Positions 1 to 52,815 of a stretch of DNA of 64,000 bases are shown here, one piece after another. Both the position numbers and the translations under genes were made by a program. The stretch spans positions 499,255 through 563,254 of the forward strand of contig NMRA01000184.1 in NCBI GenBank assembly GCA_002633005.1, in the 5' to 3' direction. Every line of letters starts with the position of its first letter. The stretch's first letter is position 1. This stretch comes from Phoronis australis (lineage: Eukaryota > Animalia > Phoronida). The notes below the pieces were generated by a model. That model did not search any database, was not told the origin of the DNA, and saw nothing but the letters and a program-made list of their open reading frames with translations.

Positions 1-914
1 TTTTCCTTACGTTCACGTGAAAGGCATAACAGCGGTGGACTTTTAATCCGTTGTAAATTTAACGACATTCTCACATGCAAACAAGGTTACCTAAACAGTG
101 CATACATGGTAAGCAATGTGCTGAATCTGCAAAACATGTTCTCAGAGCCCGCTGCTTCACCCACAGCCAGCATCCACGAGGAGAATGACTCATTTAGGAC
201 ACTACATAACAACAAGTTGGTATCAGTCAAGCCTGTTCAAAATGAATGCATAGCAATAGTTGTGATATCTATACAATCACATAATTGGGTTATTTTAGCT
301 GAAAATTATCAACAAACTAGGGGGAAATTATAACAAGTAATGAAATCGCCCCATAAACCCACCTTCCATCACAAAAAAACAACTTTTAACATTGATCACT
401 TATGAAATTGGTCTCAAACTGCTCTTTAGTCAAATAGAGGTGGTTTTGTGGCTTCAAAAGAGCTGACAAATCACTAGTCCGCGATACCAGGCTCTACAAC
501 CGGGCTTGTCGTGACTTTTCATTTCGTGCGCCGAGGAATAATGAGCCACCAGTTCTACTAGAAGCCAGAAATCACTTCTTGTCTGAATAAGGAACAAGTT
601 GAGACCAATTTTATAGCGACACCTAGTGGTCTCAAGCAAAGGGTCACTTCTTTGACACCAACATAGGTTTACAACCACTCACACGACCAACTGCAAAATG
701 TGTGCACAACACAAAACATGCTCCAATCTGACAAAACAAATGTTTAGATATTAAACAAAATAATTTAACAAAACGGAATGAAGCATTTTATCCACCCATT
801 CACCCATGTCAGCGAAGTGCAAGAAGGGCACTGGGCCTATTTTTTGTTAATAAAAAGTATTTTAACAGTTTACACCTCAGAAAAAAAAGCTCATCAACTG
901 AGATAAAATCTTGC

Positions 915-1155
915 CAATTTAGGACACAGTATGGCGGACTAAGTGAAATTTTATTTTCTCATTTTGTTATAAAAGATATGTAGCACCAAATTAATGGTTT
1001 AACGTGTTGAAGTTCTGCACCGTAGCTACCATCAGAAAATGTTTTGAAAAAAAGTACCAGTAGACAGTCACAACTATGTTGGAGTCCTTGACATATATAA
1101 AAGGGGTATGGATAATTCTTGCAGTTATTTTTGTTGGTAATAAGTGAGATTTTAA
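915..1155 (+). repeat. Interspersed repeat family A, copy 1 (bounds approximate)
   Basis: Core caatttaggacaca...aagtgaaattttattttctcatttt...aaagatat...caccaaa shared with copies near 7567, 27068, 36017 and 44575 (reverse). Confidence 0.7.
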
Positions 1156-2298
1156 CGTGACACTCACACTAATCAGTTCGAGTAGGCACAATGTAATTAC
1201 CACCATTCAGACCATCGGTACTATCTAGTGACTAGTAATCCAATTTCGTTCCACAGCGTATTACTCTTGCTAATGAAGACGCACTAACTTCATCAACTTT
1301 CACAGCAAATATTAATATCTAGGCCTGAGATGGCTGTTAAACCACTTTTGAAGAGCTAGGTAGGGCAGAAACCATAACATTCAACATCAATGAAATTGAG
1401 ATGTGTTACCTTTAAGAGCATCAATGGAAGGGCACTATAGGCAGTGGCTTGAGATAAGTCATTTCATAAGCAAATAAGGAAATTTTGGATTTTTGGTACA
1501 AGTTCAGTGTATTAATTCCAAAAGTGAACACGCAAACTCCCAACAATGTAGACATAGACTTACAAACACATATTCAGTACATGAGTTTTTTAATACCAGT
1601 CCAGTTGGAATTTTCTGTTGTGGGGAACATTGAAACGACCTGAAAATAAACTTTTTGTGAAACTCCTTGCTTTCAAATTTGTTAAGGATTAAAGGTAAAG
1701 TTATTATTTCCACTGTTTTTGCCTCAAAATATGCAGCTGTTGAAAAGAAATGCATTGTAAGGCCAGGCAAAAAATAAGCAATGTTTATAATCCCATCCGC
1801 GCTTAAAAATCTGTAAACTTGTGTCAGAAAGTTTGAAAGCATAGCACTTTCTAAGATGTTCATAGCATTGGTAGCTAGTGTAATCACAAAGTCAACCTTG
1901 CAAGTCAATCCACACATTCCATACAAAGTCATGGAAAAAAAACAAGTCATTTGAACAGTATCACGTGTCCCTGCCGTGCTTTTCAGTTATTTTTGAACAT
2001 TGTAAACAAAGGTTTACAAAACAACGACAAAAGACACTCTTTTGAAAAATAAATTGTGGCACAGAATGAAAGCCCATGGTAAGTGGAATTTCCTACATTG
2101 CAACTACTGAGGAGCCACATACAGTTATAGTCATGTGGTGTCACTGGTTCTGACGTAGTGAAAAGCGCAATTCTAATAAGTTGCTAACCTTGAAATTGTG
2201 CTTTTATCATTATGAAAATAAACTGAAACAAAGGTCAAATGATGCTCCAGGAACGTGTTTACTGTCTGAAAAGGAAGAGGGTAATGTTAAAGAACATT

Positions 2299-2400
2299 AT
2301 ATTATTTAGTCTTTCTATGGCCATAGGTCTGTATATTATTTAGTCTTTCTATGGCCATAGGTCTGTATATTATTTAGTCTTTCTATGGGCATAGGTCTGT
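2299..2400. repeat. Minisatellite 34 bp x3
   Basis: atattatttagtctttctatggccataggtctgt, one mismatch in copy 3. Confidence 0.95.
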
Positions 2401-3039
2401 ATGCAGACTGCATCGTAAGAGTTTGTGACATTGCTTTTGACTATGTAAAGTCATAAGATATTGAGCACGTTCAGGAAATCTTCAAATGAGGTTGACATGC
2501 ATTTGGTGTTGCCGGAAACACCAACAATTTCAGTGTACCTCGTTAATACTTCAGAGCTATCTGATATGTCCGATAGCGTTAGATATTTGATGATAAACTG
2601 GATAACTCTGATGGCGTTAGATATTTAATCAGCCTGTTATTCACTAATTCAGTGCATGAAACTGGTTCTCAACTCAAGTGGTTTAATCCTGTTCGAAAGG
2701 AAATATCTTTTAATAGAAGAGTTAGGCTAAAAACGATACCAGCAAGCTTTTGAAACATTTAATTCAAAAAATCATTTACTAATGTTATTGTTAAAATAGG
2801 AGTGAGGCAACTACAAAATAACACTGTCCCCGTCGAGAGCCCCACGACGATTATCCACACATGAGCTCGAAACTGAGTCATGTTTTACGACAAATCTCCA
2901 ACAAAGTCAACATTCCATACTACTATGCACACTTAATGTTACCTGGTGGTCTTGAATTCATTATCTAGATACTTTGAAATGGTTGTTTTCACGAAGGGAA
3001 TACTAAATCATCCAAAAAGTAGCAGACGAAAACTAGGCT

Positions 3040-3300
3040 TGCTTAGCAAGCGGCCATATTTTGTCTGCAGAACAAACGCAAGTGACGCTTATTCATTGGC
3101 TTAGTCTAAAGTACATTTGTTGTGATACGATTTGATTATTATTGATACATTTGTAATTAAACTACATAGTTGATAGAAAAAATATCCATAATAACTATTT
3201 TGATTAATTAATCTTTGAAAGAAATATATATAAGTATTTTTTAATATCTTTGTTATTTTTATTGGGCTCGTTTTGTTGTCCTTAAAGCGGAAAACTACTC
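3040..3300. promoter_or_regulatory. Candidate bidirectional promoter
   Basis: YY1-like gcggccatatttt (~3050), TGACG half-CRE (~3083), ATTGG (~3095), AT-rich core and ETS-like gcggaaa (~3287). It lies between a plus-strand donor (3329) and a minus-strand donor (cag|gtaac, 2943/2942). Confidence 0.4.
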
Positions 3301-3328
3301 GGCGGTGATTCAGTTCATGTTGTGGAAG
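3285..3328 (+). other. Probable non-coding first exon of PIK3CA (5' start approximate)
   Basis: Consensus donor AAG|gtaagt at 3328/3329 in a CpG-richer patch. The ATG exon has an acceptor 45 nt upstream of the ATG, which implies an upstream UTR exon. Confidence 0.55.
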
Positions 3329-3955
3329 GTAAGTGGTTGTGTGTTTGTGTCTCGTGGTGTCTGAGTTGCGAAAACTGCACGTCGTGAAGTACTTTCAACG
3401 AGGTAGAATTTTGTCAATGATTGGGTGACATTTAGGTACTTCGGGCTGTGAGTTTATGTTGACTGTCATCTTAACAATTCATGATATTTGGGGCTACTTC
3501 CTCATTCCCCCGTCGTCAGTTAGTCACTTAGTGAAGTCTGAAGAGAGTTATGTTACGTCGACTCCTGTCAGTGAGTGAATGTGAACGATCCTTACTGCGA
3601 TGAGATAGAGTGGCACTGATCACACTGATAAATGAACTTCCACTTGTCACAGTTGGGCAGTTGCAAAGGGCCGGGCATTGTTCGGAATAACCAACCAGCT
3701 AGGCGGTGGCAAATTTCTATATGTACCTTCTTCTTCCAACACACGACAAACGATCTTACTTGTTGGCGCATTGTTAGTACAAAACTTAGAGAATTTCTTC
3801 AAAATACATTTGACTCTGGAAAAAACTATCAAAGACCTGACTTTGACAAAGTCAGGTTTCTTTGTGCACCTTTCAAGTATAATTGGGCACATTTGGAGGC
3901 ATTTGAAATCTTTTAAATCCATTACGCTTAAAAGTACGAGATCACAATCATCATT

Positions 3956-4027
3956 TTTTTTCAAATAGTCTGTCGTTCTCTCGATGAATCCTTTTTTCAA
4001 ATAGTCTGTCGTTCTCTCGATGAATCC
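3956..4027. repeat. Tandem duplication 36 bp x2
   Basis: ttttttcaaatagtctgtcgttctctcgatgaatcc twice. Confidence 0.95.
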
Positions 4028-5329
4028 TAAGAACCAGTAAGACTTTCTGGTTCCTTGATGAAATTGAAGACAGATCTCTCTTATAATTACTGTATCCATG
4101 GTGAAAAGGAAATGCACATGGGGATGTCACCTGTCTACTAGCCAAAACTGAGAGGTGGCAGCACAGACAGGGGACCTGTGTACTAGTCAGCTAGCTAGCC
4201 AGTCACCTTGCCAGCCACCTAGCTGTATGAAGACTATTGTGAAAATAGAGCTAGGAACTTCTGTGTTTTAACTTTACATAAACATCAAAACATCATACCA
4301 CCCACATAGTTCTAGTGTTCTTCACAACCTGCTCTCGTCACTTTGTGGAGTTTGAATTTTGCCCTTGAAGAATTTGGCTTACTTGCGTGAAGCTTGAAAA
4401 CCTTGTAGTAACCAGCAAGTTTAAAATATTGGGATACTAGTAATTTCTTAATCAAATTAGGACATCTTGGACTTTTAGTACCTGTTTAATACATTTATTC
4501 TAAGACTTAGTGCTAAGACTCCCCACAGTATGGGCTCGAACATGCACATGAATTTTCTATTCCTTTTCAGTTGGAATTTTTTTGTGTGTAGAACACCGAG
4601 TTGTGCTCGTAACTTGTGCTGTTGTGAAATTGATCAACTTGTAGAGCTCACGACTGGACAGAGTGCATGCAAAATCTGGGAGTTAACCAACTGTCACCTT
4701 GCCCGTTACAGTCATTTAAGGGAAAAATCTATTAAACATCATTTGTTTGCGTAGTTCGTCAGCTTTCGTAGCTAAGAAAAGTCGCTCGTTGACTTGAGAC
4801 GAGTATGCTCATGACAACCGCCTTGTCATGTCAAAGAAAATGTGAAATTCCATGTCAATATTCACCTGTGAAAACATGGTTAGTGCATTTGGATCAAAAA
4901 GTACCTGAGAAACATTCTGTTACGTTTACCTCTCAAAAATTGGGATAGCCACCCTTTCTTCTGCTAGGGACTTCCATGAACGTCACCCTTTCATAGGAAT
5001 TTTACCCGTAACACAATTCTTTTGTAAGACATGAGTTGTAAACCATACAAAATGGTTATTTATTTAATTCAAATTGACAATAACAGTTATACTTTCTTTT
5101 TAATACCTCAAAAATTACTTAACACAAAATAATCATAAATTAATCCTTGTAGAGTTCTTGAAGCATCAATTGCACCCTTTCATTGCAAATCTGGCAGTGA
5201 TCAACCCGCACATCTCAGTGGCACATCAGGTATATACTTCAACTGCAAAGTACCATGCGGGTTAGTGTTATTGTTTAAAATCCCAAGAAATTATATTTCT
5301 TGGTGTTTTTCTGGTGTCAAGTCTCATTA

Positions 5330-5620
5330 CATTTTTCATATCCAAATGTTACTTAATGCAAGATATGTGTAGCCACTAAAGCCCACTCATTTTTCATATC
5401 CATATGTTACTTAATGCAAGATACGTGTAGCCACTAAAGCCCACTCATTTTTCATATCCATATGTTATTTAATGCAAGATACGTGTAGCCACTAAAGCCC
5501 ACTCATTTTTCATATCCATATGTTACTTAATGCAAGATACGTGTAGCCACTAAAGCCCACTCATTTTTCATATCCATATGTTACTTAATGCAAGATACGT
5601 GTTGCCACTAAAGCCCACTC
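5330..5620. repeat. Minisatellite 58 bp x5 in the 5' UTR intron
   Basis: catttttcatatccatatgttacttaatgcaagatacgtgtagccactaaagcccact starting at 5330, 5388, 5446, 5504 and 5562. Confidence 0.95.
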
Positions 5621-6322
5621 CCATCAATGAACCAAAAAGTACCCTACAGGGCATAAACAGCTCTTTGCAGAGGCTGCTGTTTCATTATTGTGATGCCTGA
5701 AAAGATTGTGGTAAGAATATGCCACTTTCCACAAGACTAGGAAATTTACCAGAAATGCGAATGTCTTATTATGGCACCAGTGTTAGGGACACCTAATGGA
5801 GCCATTCCCCAATAATTAGTCTTTGAGGAAATAATCTGTTGCGTAAAATACATGCAAGAGCTTTCAAAAAATGTGTTTAATTAATATTAATTGAACTAAT
5901 GATTTTTCCAGAGATTCCTTTCACATGCCAATTGGTAATAGGACCATATGAGAAACCAATAGCAAACGAGCCCAGTCCATAGTAAGTACAGCGCAGCATG
6001 GCGACCAGAATGACCCACAGTTTAGCGAACATGCCATTTTTAGTCACAGCAAGTTATATGTCCCCTAGACTCTCCCTGAATATGCCTTTCACGGCTAATG
6101 TCAAATTGACGGCAAATGCAAATGTCCTCTGCGATAATCATCCTGATGCAAGTTGAATTGATAAACATGTTTGACCAAAAATGTGAAGCAAAGTCACATT
6201 CCAGAATTTCAAAACAAATTATTGATTATATTTCTGACAATATTTTTATTAACACCTTTCTTGTATTACCTTTTCAGATTTGATTTCCATCTTGAAGTAG
6301 AGCCTGATAAAAAGCAAATAGA

Positions 6323-48083
<41,761 letters not shown>

Positions 48084-48480
48084 CAGGAACCAGATTCTGA
48101 CCAATTCATTCATTACATCAAACTTTGAAACTCAATGTAGGAACCAGACATAAACCGATTCATTCATTGCATCAAGCATGGGAGTTCATTGTCTGAATGA
48201 GGCATAGATTGCCGACTTGGGGCAGCATAACCCAAAAGGATTGGGTCCCATATTTATAAATGTCTTTTAAAGGTATCACCAGAGTACATAAACTGCCAAG
48301 TCACTGAATGAACTTATTTTCAATTTCCATCAATAACATTTGAGGATTCCTGGATTAAATACTTCCTAAATACCCTAAAGTGGCTGTGTTGCTGAAATTG
48401 TACCCATTGTGCTGAAAACATACCCCTCATACATAATCAGCATTATAGCTGGTATCCTGAAACTAGGATTCTTTATCGCA

Positions 48481-50160
48481 TTTTTATGCGCCCACATATT
48501 TATATCTGGGTGCATATTGTTGTTATCTCCGTCTGGGAGTCTGGCGTCAGCTCCTAAACCTCTTGCAGAATCTTGTCGAAATTTGGCAGGTGCGTTCCTA
48601 TGGGGTTGATGACAGATGACGAGGAGTTTCTGACTGATCTGAATACTACTGTGCCCCCCAGTGGCAATTTTAGTTTTTTACGTTTGCCTGTTTATCTTCG
48701 GAGGTCCTTGATGGATTTTCATGAAATTCAGCAAAATAGGTTTTTAATAAGGAGGCGATGATGCGACTTCATTTTTCAATGGATTTCACACCGCCTTGTG
48801 GCCGTTTTTGTTATTTTTATGTCCGTTCTCTGGTGTCCGCCTCTCTGCCATACTGCCCAAAGGATCATTATGAAAATTTACAGATGTATTCCTGATGAGA
48901 AGGCCTCGACTGACATTGACTTTCGGACGGGTCTGACTACTGTGTCGCCCCCTAGTGGTGATTTTGTGTTTTTTGCATTTGCAACCAAATCTCCTTAACC
49001 CTTTGAAGGAGCTTTGTGAAATTTGAAAGATATATTCCTATGGAGCCAACGACAAACTGTAACGAATGTTGAACTGATCCAAATACCACTGTGCCCCCTA
49101 GTGGCAAAATGTTTTTTACATTTGCCTCTCTATCTTCAGTGTTCATAAATGTATTTTCATGAAATTCGGCTGATATGGTTCTATTACCGGTAAGTAAACG
49201 ACAAAAATGTCTTCCCATTTTCGGACAGATTTGATGTTTTCTGCGCCCACCCGGTAGCCATTTTTTTGATATTTTTGTATCAGTTATCTGTCTGCCATAC
49301 TTTTTAACTGATCATTATGAAAATTTATAGGTATGTTCCCAATAAGGTCATGACTGATGTTGACTTTCTGACTACTGTGTCACTGCCTAGTGGCCATTTT
49401 GTTTTTTTTTTACGTCTGCTGCGGAATTTGAAGGAGCTTTGTAAATTCGCTAACAACAAACAGTAACAAGTGTCGAACTGATCCAAATACCACTGTCTCC
49501 TAGCAGCAAAATGTTTTTGTTTACATTTACCTCTGTATCTTCGGAGTTTGTTAATGTATTTTCATGAAATTCCGCAAATAGGTTTCTATTGAGGAGACGA
49601 CAACGCCTTCCCTTCGGACAGATTTAATGTTTTCTGCACCACCTGGTGGCCATTTAAAAAGTTTTTGGCGTCTGCCTTTTTTCCAAACCTCTCAAAGGAT
49701 CATTATGGAAATTGGCGATTGTGTTCCTGATCGGAAGACCCCGGCTGACATTGTTTTTCTGATAGTTTCGAATATTCTGGCGTTCCCTAGGGACAATTTT
49801 TTCATTTTTTTGCATCTATGGCTTTGTCTCCATAACCCTCTTTGAAGGATCTTTGCAAAATTTGGCAGATGGTCTCCTAAAGAGATGGCAACAGATGAGG
49901 ATGAGTTTCAGATCAATCGGACTATATCTGTTTGCCCTAGTGTCAATTGATTTTTTACATTTGCCTCTATTTCATAGGAATTCCTTTGCTTATTTTCATG
50001 AAAATTGGCAAATAGTTGTGTATTACAGAGATGGCGCCTCCTTAATTCAGACAGGTTTGTCGCATTCTGCGCCATTTTTATGATACTAAAAACACATACA
50101 CCGTTTGCGGTGCTGTCGTGGGTGCTCTGTACGAAAATTCTTGAGTCATTCTCCTTCTTG
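48481..50160 (+). mobile_element. Helentron-associated (HINE/DINE-1/pearl-like) non-autonomous element with an internal ~145-bp tandem array
   Basis: Starts ttttTATGCGCCCAC with a nearby inverted copy TGGGTGCATA (~48507) and a ccgtctg remnant. About 10 diverged units follow. A distal subTIR-like GTGGGTGC (~50118) and a decayed hairpin end it. Confidence 0.62.
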
Positions 50161-51828
50161 GCCAAGCTTCTTGAATAGCATTGCATTTTGTGTCCAACAT
50201 CTTGCCATCTAAGGACTCTCTGTGTTTTATTTAAACTTTTGATATCAAATAGTTATCGCTGTAGTTTTCTGTACTTGTCATTTTTGTACACGTCTTAAGG
50301 ATTGTGTTGAAGGCTATGATTCATGTTTGTAAATCACACCCTGCATCATTGTGATGCCATTTTGTTAAATAACGTAACAAGCTGGACATTTCTTTGGTTC
50401 CAGATTATAACATGTCAGTTTCTCTTTCTGTATTGCAATGTGTCCTCAATTCACTTGCCACGGGAATATATGGCATTTTTATTGATATATTCCTAGAACT
50501 ACAGAGTGGTTGAGGGACTGAACAGTGAGAGTATTTGTTATTTCATATTCATTATTCATTCATCACATGATTTCATATTTTGCCATTTCATTGCCTACAA
50601 TTTTCTGTTTGTTCATTTGAATTCATTTTGATTTCCATTTACTAAACCTTTAGTCTGAGATAGAAATTTTCATGTTTTGTATGTCAGCAATTTTGACGAT
50701 ACCCAATATCTCACGATTTTTAGTATTTTATCAAAATCATGTCTTATTGAAAACTTGCTGTTTAGTCAGAGGTGTTTTACTGGATAAGACACTTTCACAA
50801 TTATTGCAATTGATTATGCTTCTTTTTTGTTGTACCAAATGTACTTAATTTATTGAAAAGGTAAAAACATTGTTAAGATGGTGTAAACGTAAAACCTGCT
50901 TTGGCTGGAGTTGGGTGGTATTCCTTTAAGTAGAAAGAGGTTTGGTGATCATATACTGTGGTGACACCTGTAACTGTGTTCATGTTTGGTTCACAGTGTG
51001 AACAGAAACACTACTTGTCGTATTTAGAACTGATTCATGTTTGGTTCACATTGTGAACAGGTTTTGTTCATTTTATTCAGCTGAAATGCCAGTATCTGTG
51101 CATTTGTGTTTGATCCAGTTGGTGTTTGCAGGACTGTGATATTTCTTTTATTATGGTAAAGGGTAATAGTGGAATGAGTCATTCATGCAAGATTCAGGCG
51201 AAATGTGACTGGCCAATAGTATTCAGTGTTGATTAATTTGAATGTTCAACAGCCAATCACGACCGGTAATACTAGTTTGTGATTCGCCGACGCATACACA
51301 ACAGCCAATCACAGAGTGGTATTTATCATCACATATTTTGTACAATCTCTAGCACCACATAGCATGGTTAAGTAATTATAAAACGAGAGAGATGAATGGG
51401 CTTGACAGTCAAGGGACTTTTTAGCTATTGTTTAGGATTTTAGTCTTTAAAATCTGTATGTTTTAGTTTTGCCTTTTTGTCCTGCACCTTAAACTTTTGT
51501 CTTATTCTCTATAAAAATAGATTTAGGTGTTGTTTATGAATCTCGCGTATAAGCTACACATAGGGTAATTTAGCATTTTTGCTTTATGCGTTTTTTTCTT
51601 AAAAAAATGATGGAACCTATAGCGTCATTCTTTTCTATCCACCTTTTTCAGCATAGGAAAGCTTTGGAATATTTTTGTTATTTTGTTTGTCAGTTAGGTT
51701 ACATTCACTTTTTTCGTATGTCTTGTTAAGTTTTGCAAACTTGAAGCCTATCCATAATAGGTTGAAGCAAGTGTTTTTGAAAGCTGTTATACTATAGTAC
51801 TACTGTTGGCTGTGGACACTAGTTAGGT

Positions 51829-52110
51829 GGCCGTGGTTGGGTGACCGTGGTTATTAGTGACCATGGTTGGGTGACCGTGGTTATTAGTGACCATGGTTGG
51901 GTGACCGTGGTTATTAGTGACCATGGTTGGGTGACCGTGGTTATTAGTGACCATGGGTGGGTGACTGTGGTTGTTTGTGACCTTGGGTGGGTGACTATGG
52001 TTGTTTGTGACCATGATTAGTTGACTTTGGTTGTTTGTGACCATGGTTGGATGATCGTAGTTGTTTGTATCCATGCGTGGATGACCGTGGTTGTTGGTAA
52101 CCATGTTGGT
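51829..52110. repeat. Minisatellite 30 bp x~9
   Basis: ccatggttgggtgaccgtggttattagtga, near-perfect at left and decaying rightwards. Confidence 0.95.
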
Positions 52111-52222
52111 ACCAATAATGCTGTTTCACCAACTATTGACCAGTTATGTTAAGCATAGTCAAGGCATTGGGCCACATTTTATTCATGGACAGTACTCATG
52201 CACTCTTGTTTGTTGTTAAATC

Positions 52223-52232
52223 ATTAAATAAA
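52223..52232 (+). terminator. Candidate polyadenylation signal for PIK3CA (implies a 3' UTR of about 4.2 kb)
   Basis: Overlapping ATTAAA/AATAAA followed by GT/T-rich sequence; no transcript evidence. Confidence 0.35.
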
Positions 52233-52664
52233 AACATACTTTTGCACTTGGTGTTTGCATTGATTGAATGTTTTACGTTTCTATGGTTGTAGCATTCTGC
52301 TATCTCTTTTGCAATCTCTCTCCACAATCTGCACTAGCAGTCATCAGATGGCAGCACAGTCTTTCGCATCCCCAACGGCTGCATGTTAACTTGGCTGGTC
52401 TGCAACTTATCACTTTCCGGCCCGCCTAACGATTTTGAGCGTCTCGCGATCCCATGTTAGCAAGCCATATGCTTTTGTTAGGCTAATAACTACCTTCGGT
52501 ATTTTTTGAATTAGCCTGTTCGAAAAACACCTAAAGCAAGCACGAAGTGCGACATTGTTGTTTTTGCCATAACTAAACTTGGTCGTTACTTTTGTTGCAA
52601 TGGCTTAGAAATTTTGGGAGGGCTGAGACAATGAAAGCTTACGAATCGGTTAATAAGTACGCAT

Positions 52665-52815
52665 CAGTGGTGGATTTAGAGGGGGGCCAAGGGTGCCATG
52701 CCCCCCCCCCTAAAATTCGCCATTTGGCTGTTCGGGGCTGTGAATGTCTGATGGGGAAAATCCTGGCAAATACTCTGCCCTACCCCCTTAACTCAAAATC
52801 CTGGATCCGCCCCTG
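52665..52815. mobile_element. 151-bp MITE with CAG...CTG ends and 5-bp TSD (hAT5-like, inferred)
   Basis: Imperfect TIRs cagtggtggatttag / ctggatccgcccctg; direct repeat CGCAT at 52660-52664 and 52816-52820. Confidence 0.72.

Larger units (their letters stand above)
91..3070 (-). other. Candidate divergent spliced transcript (lncRNA or unidentified gene); putative exons ~3070-2943, 2265-2189, 727-683, 582-?, 201-91
   Basis: Minus-strand splice sites: cag|gtaac (2943); ccttttcag| (2265) with aag|gttagc (2189); ttttgtcag| (727) with |gtgagt (683); ccttattcag| (582); tgtag| (201) with ag|gtaacc (91). I could not join one ORF across all exons. Confidence 0.35.

Noticed and set aside
1504-1950. 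148-aa minus-strand ORF
   Set aside because: No homology or clear splice context; composition typical of AT-rich non-coding DNA
3647-4117. 156-aa minus-strand ORF and overlapping plus-strand ORFs
   Set aside because: No recognisable domain, length is inflated by a 36-bp duplication, and it lies in the probable first intron
5330-5620. Regular repeats here and at 2299, 27186 and 51829 as CRISPR arrays
   Set aside because: Contiguous tandem units without unique spacers, no cas genes, eukaryotic context
51823-52104. His/Asn-rich repeat ORF (MVTNNHGHPT)n resembling a metal-binding peptide
   Set aside because: It is the translation of a 30-bp minisatellite on the strand opposite the probable 3' UTR; no splice or promoter support
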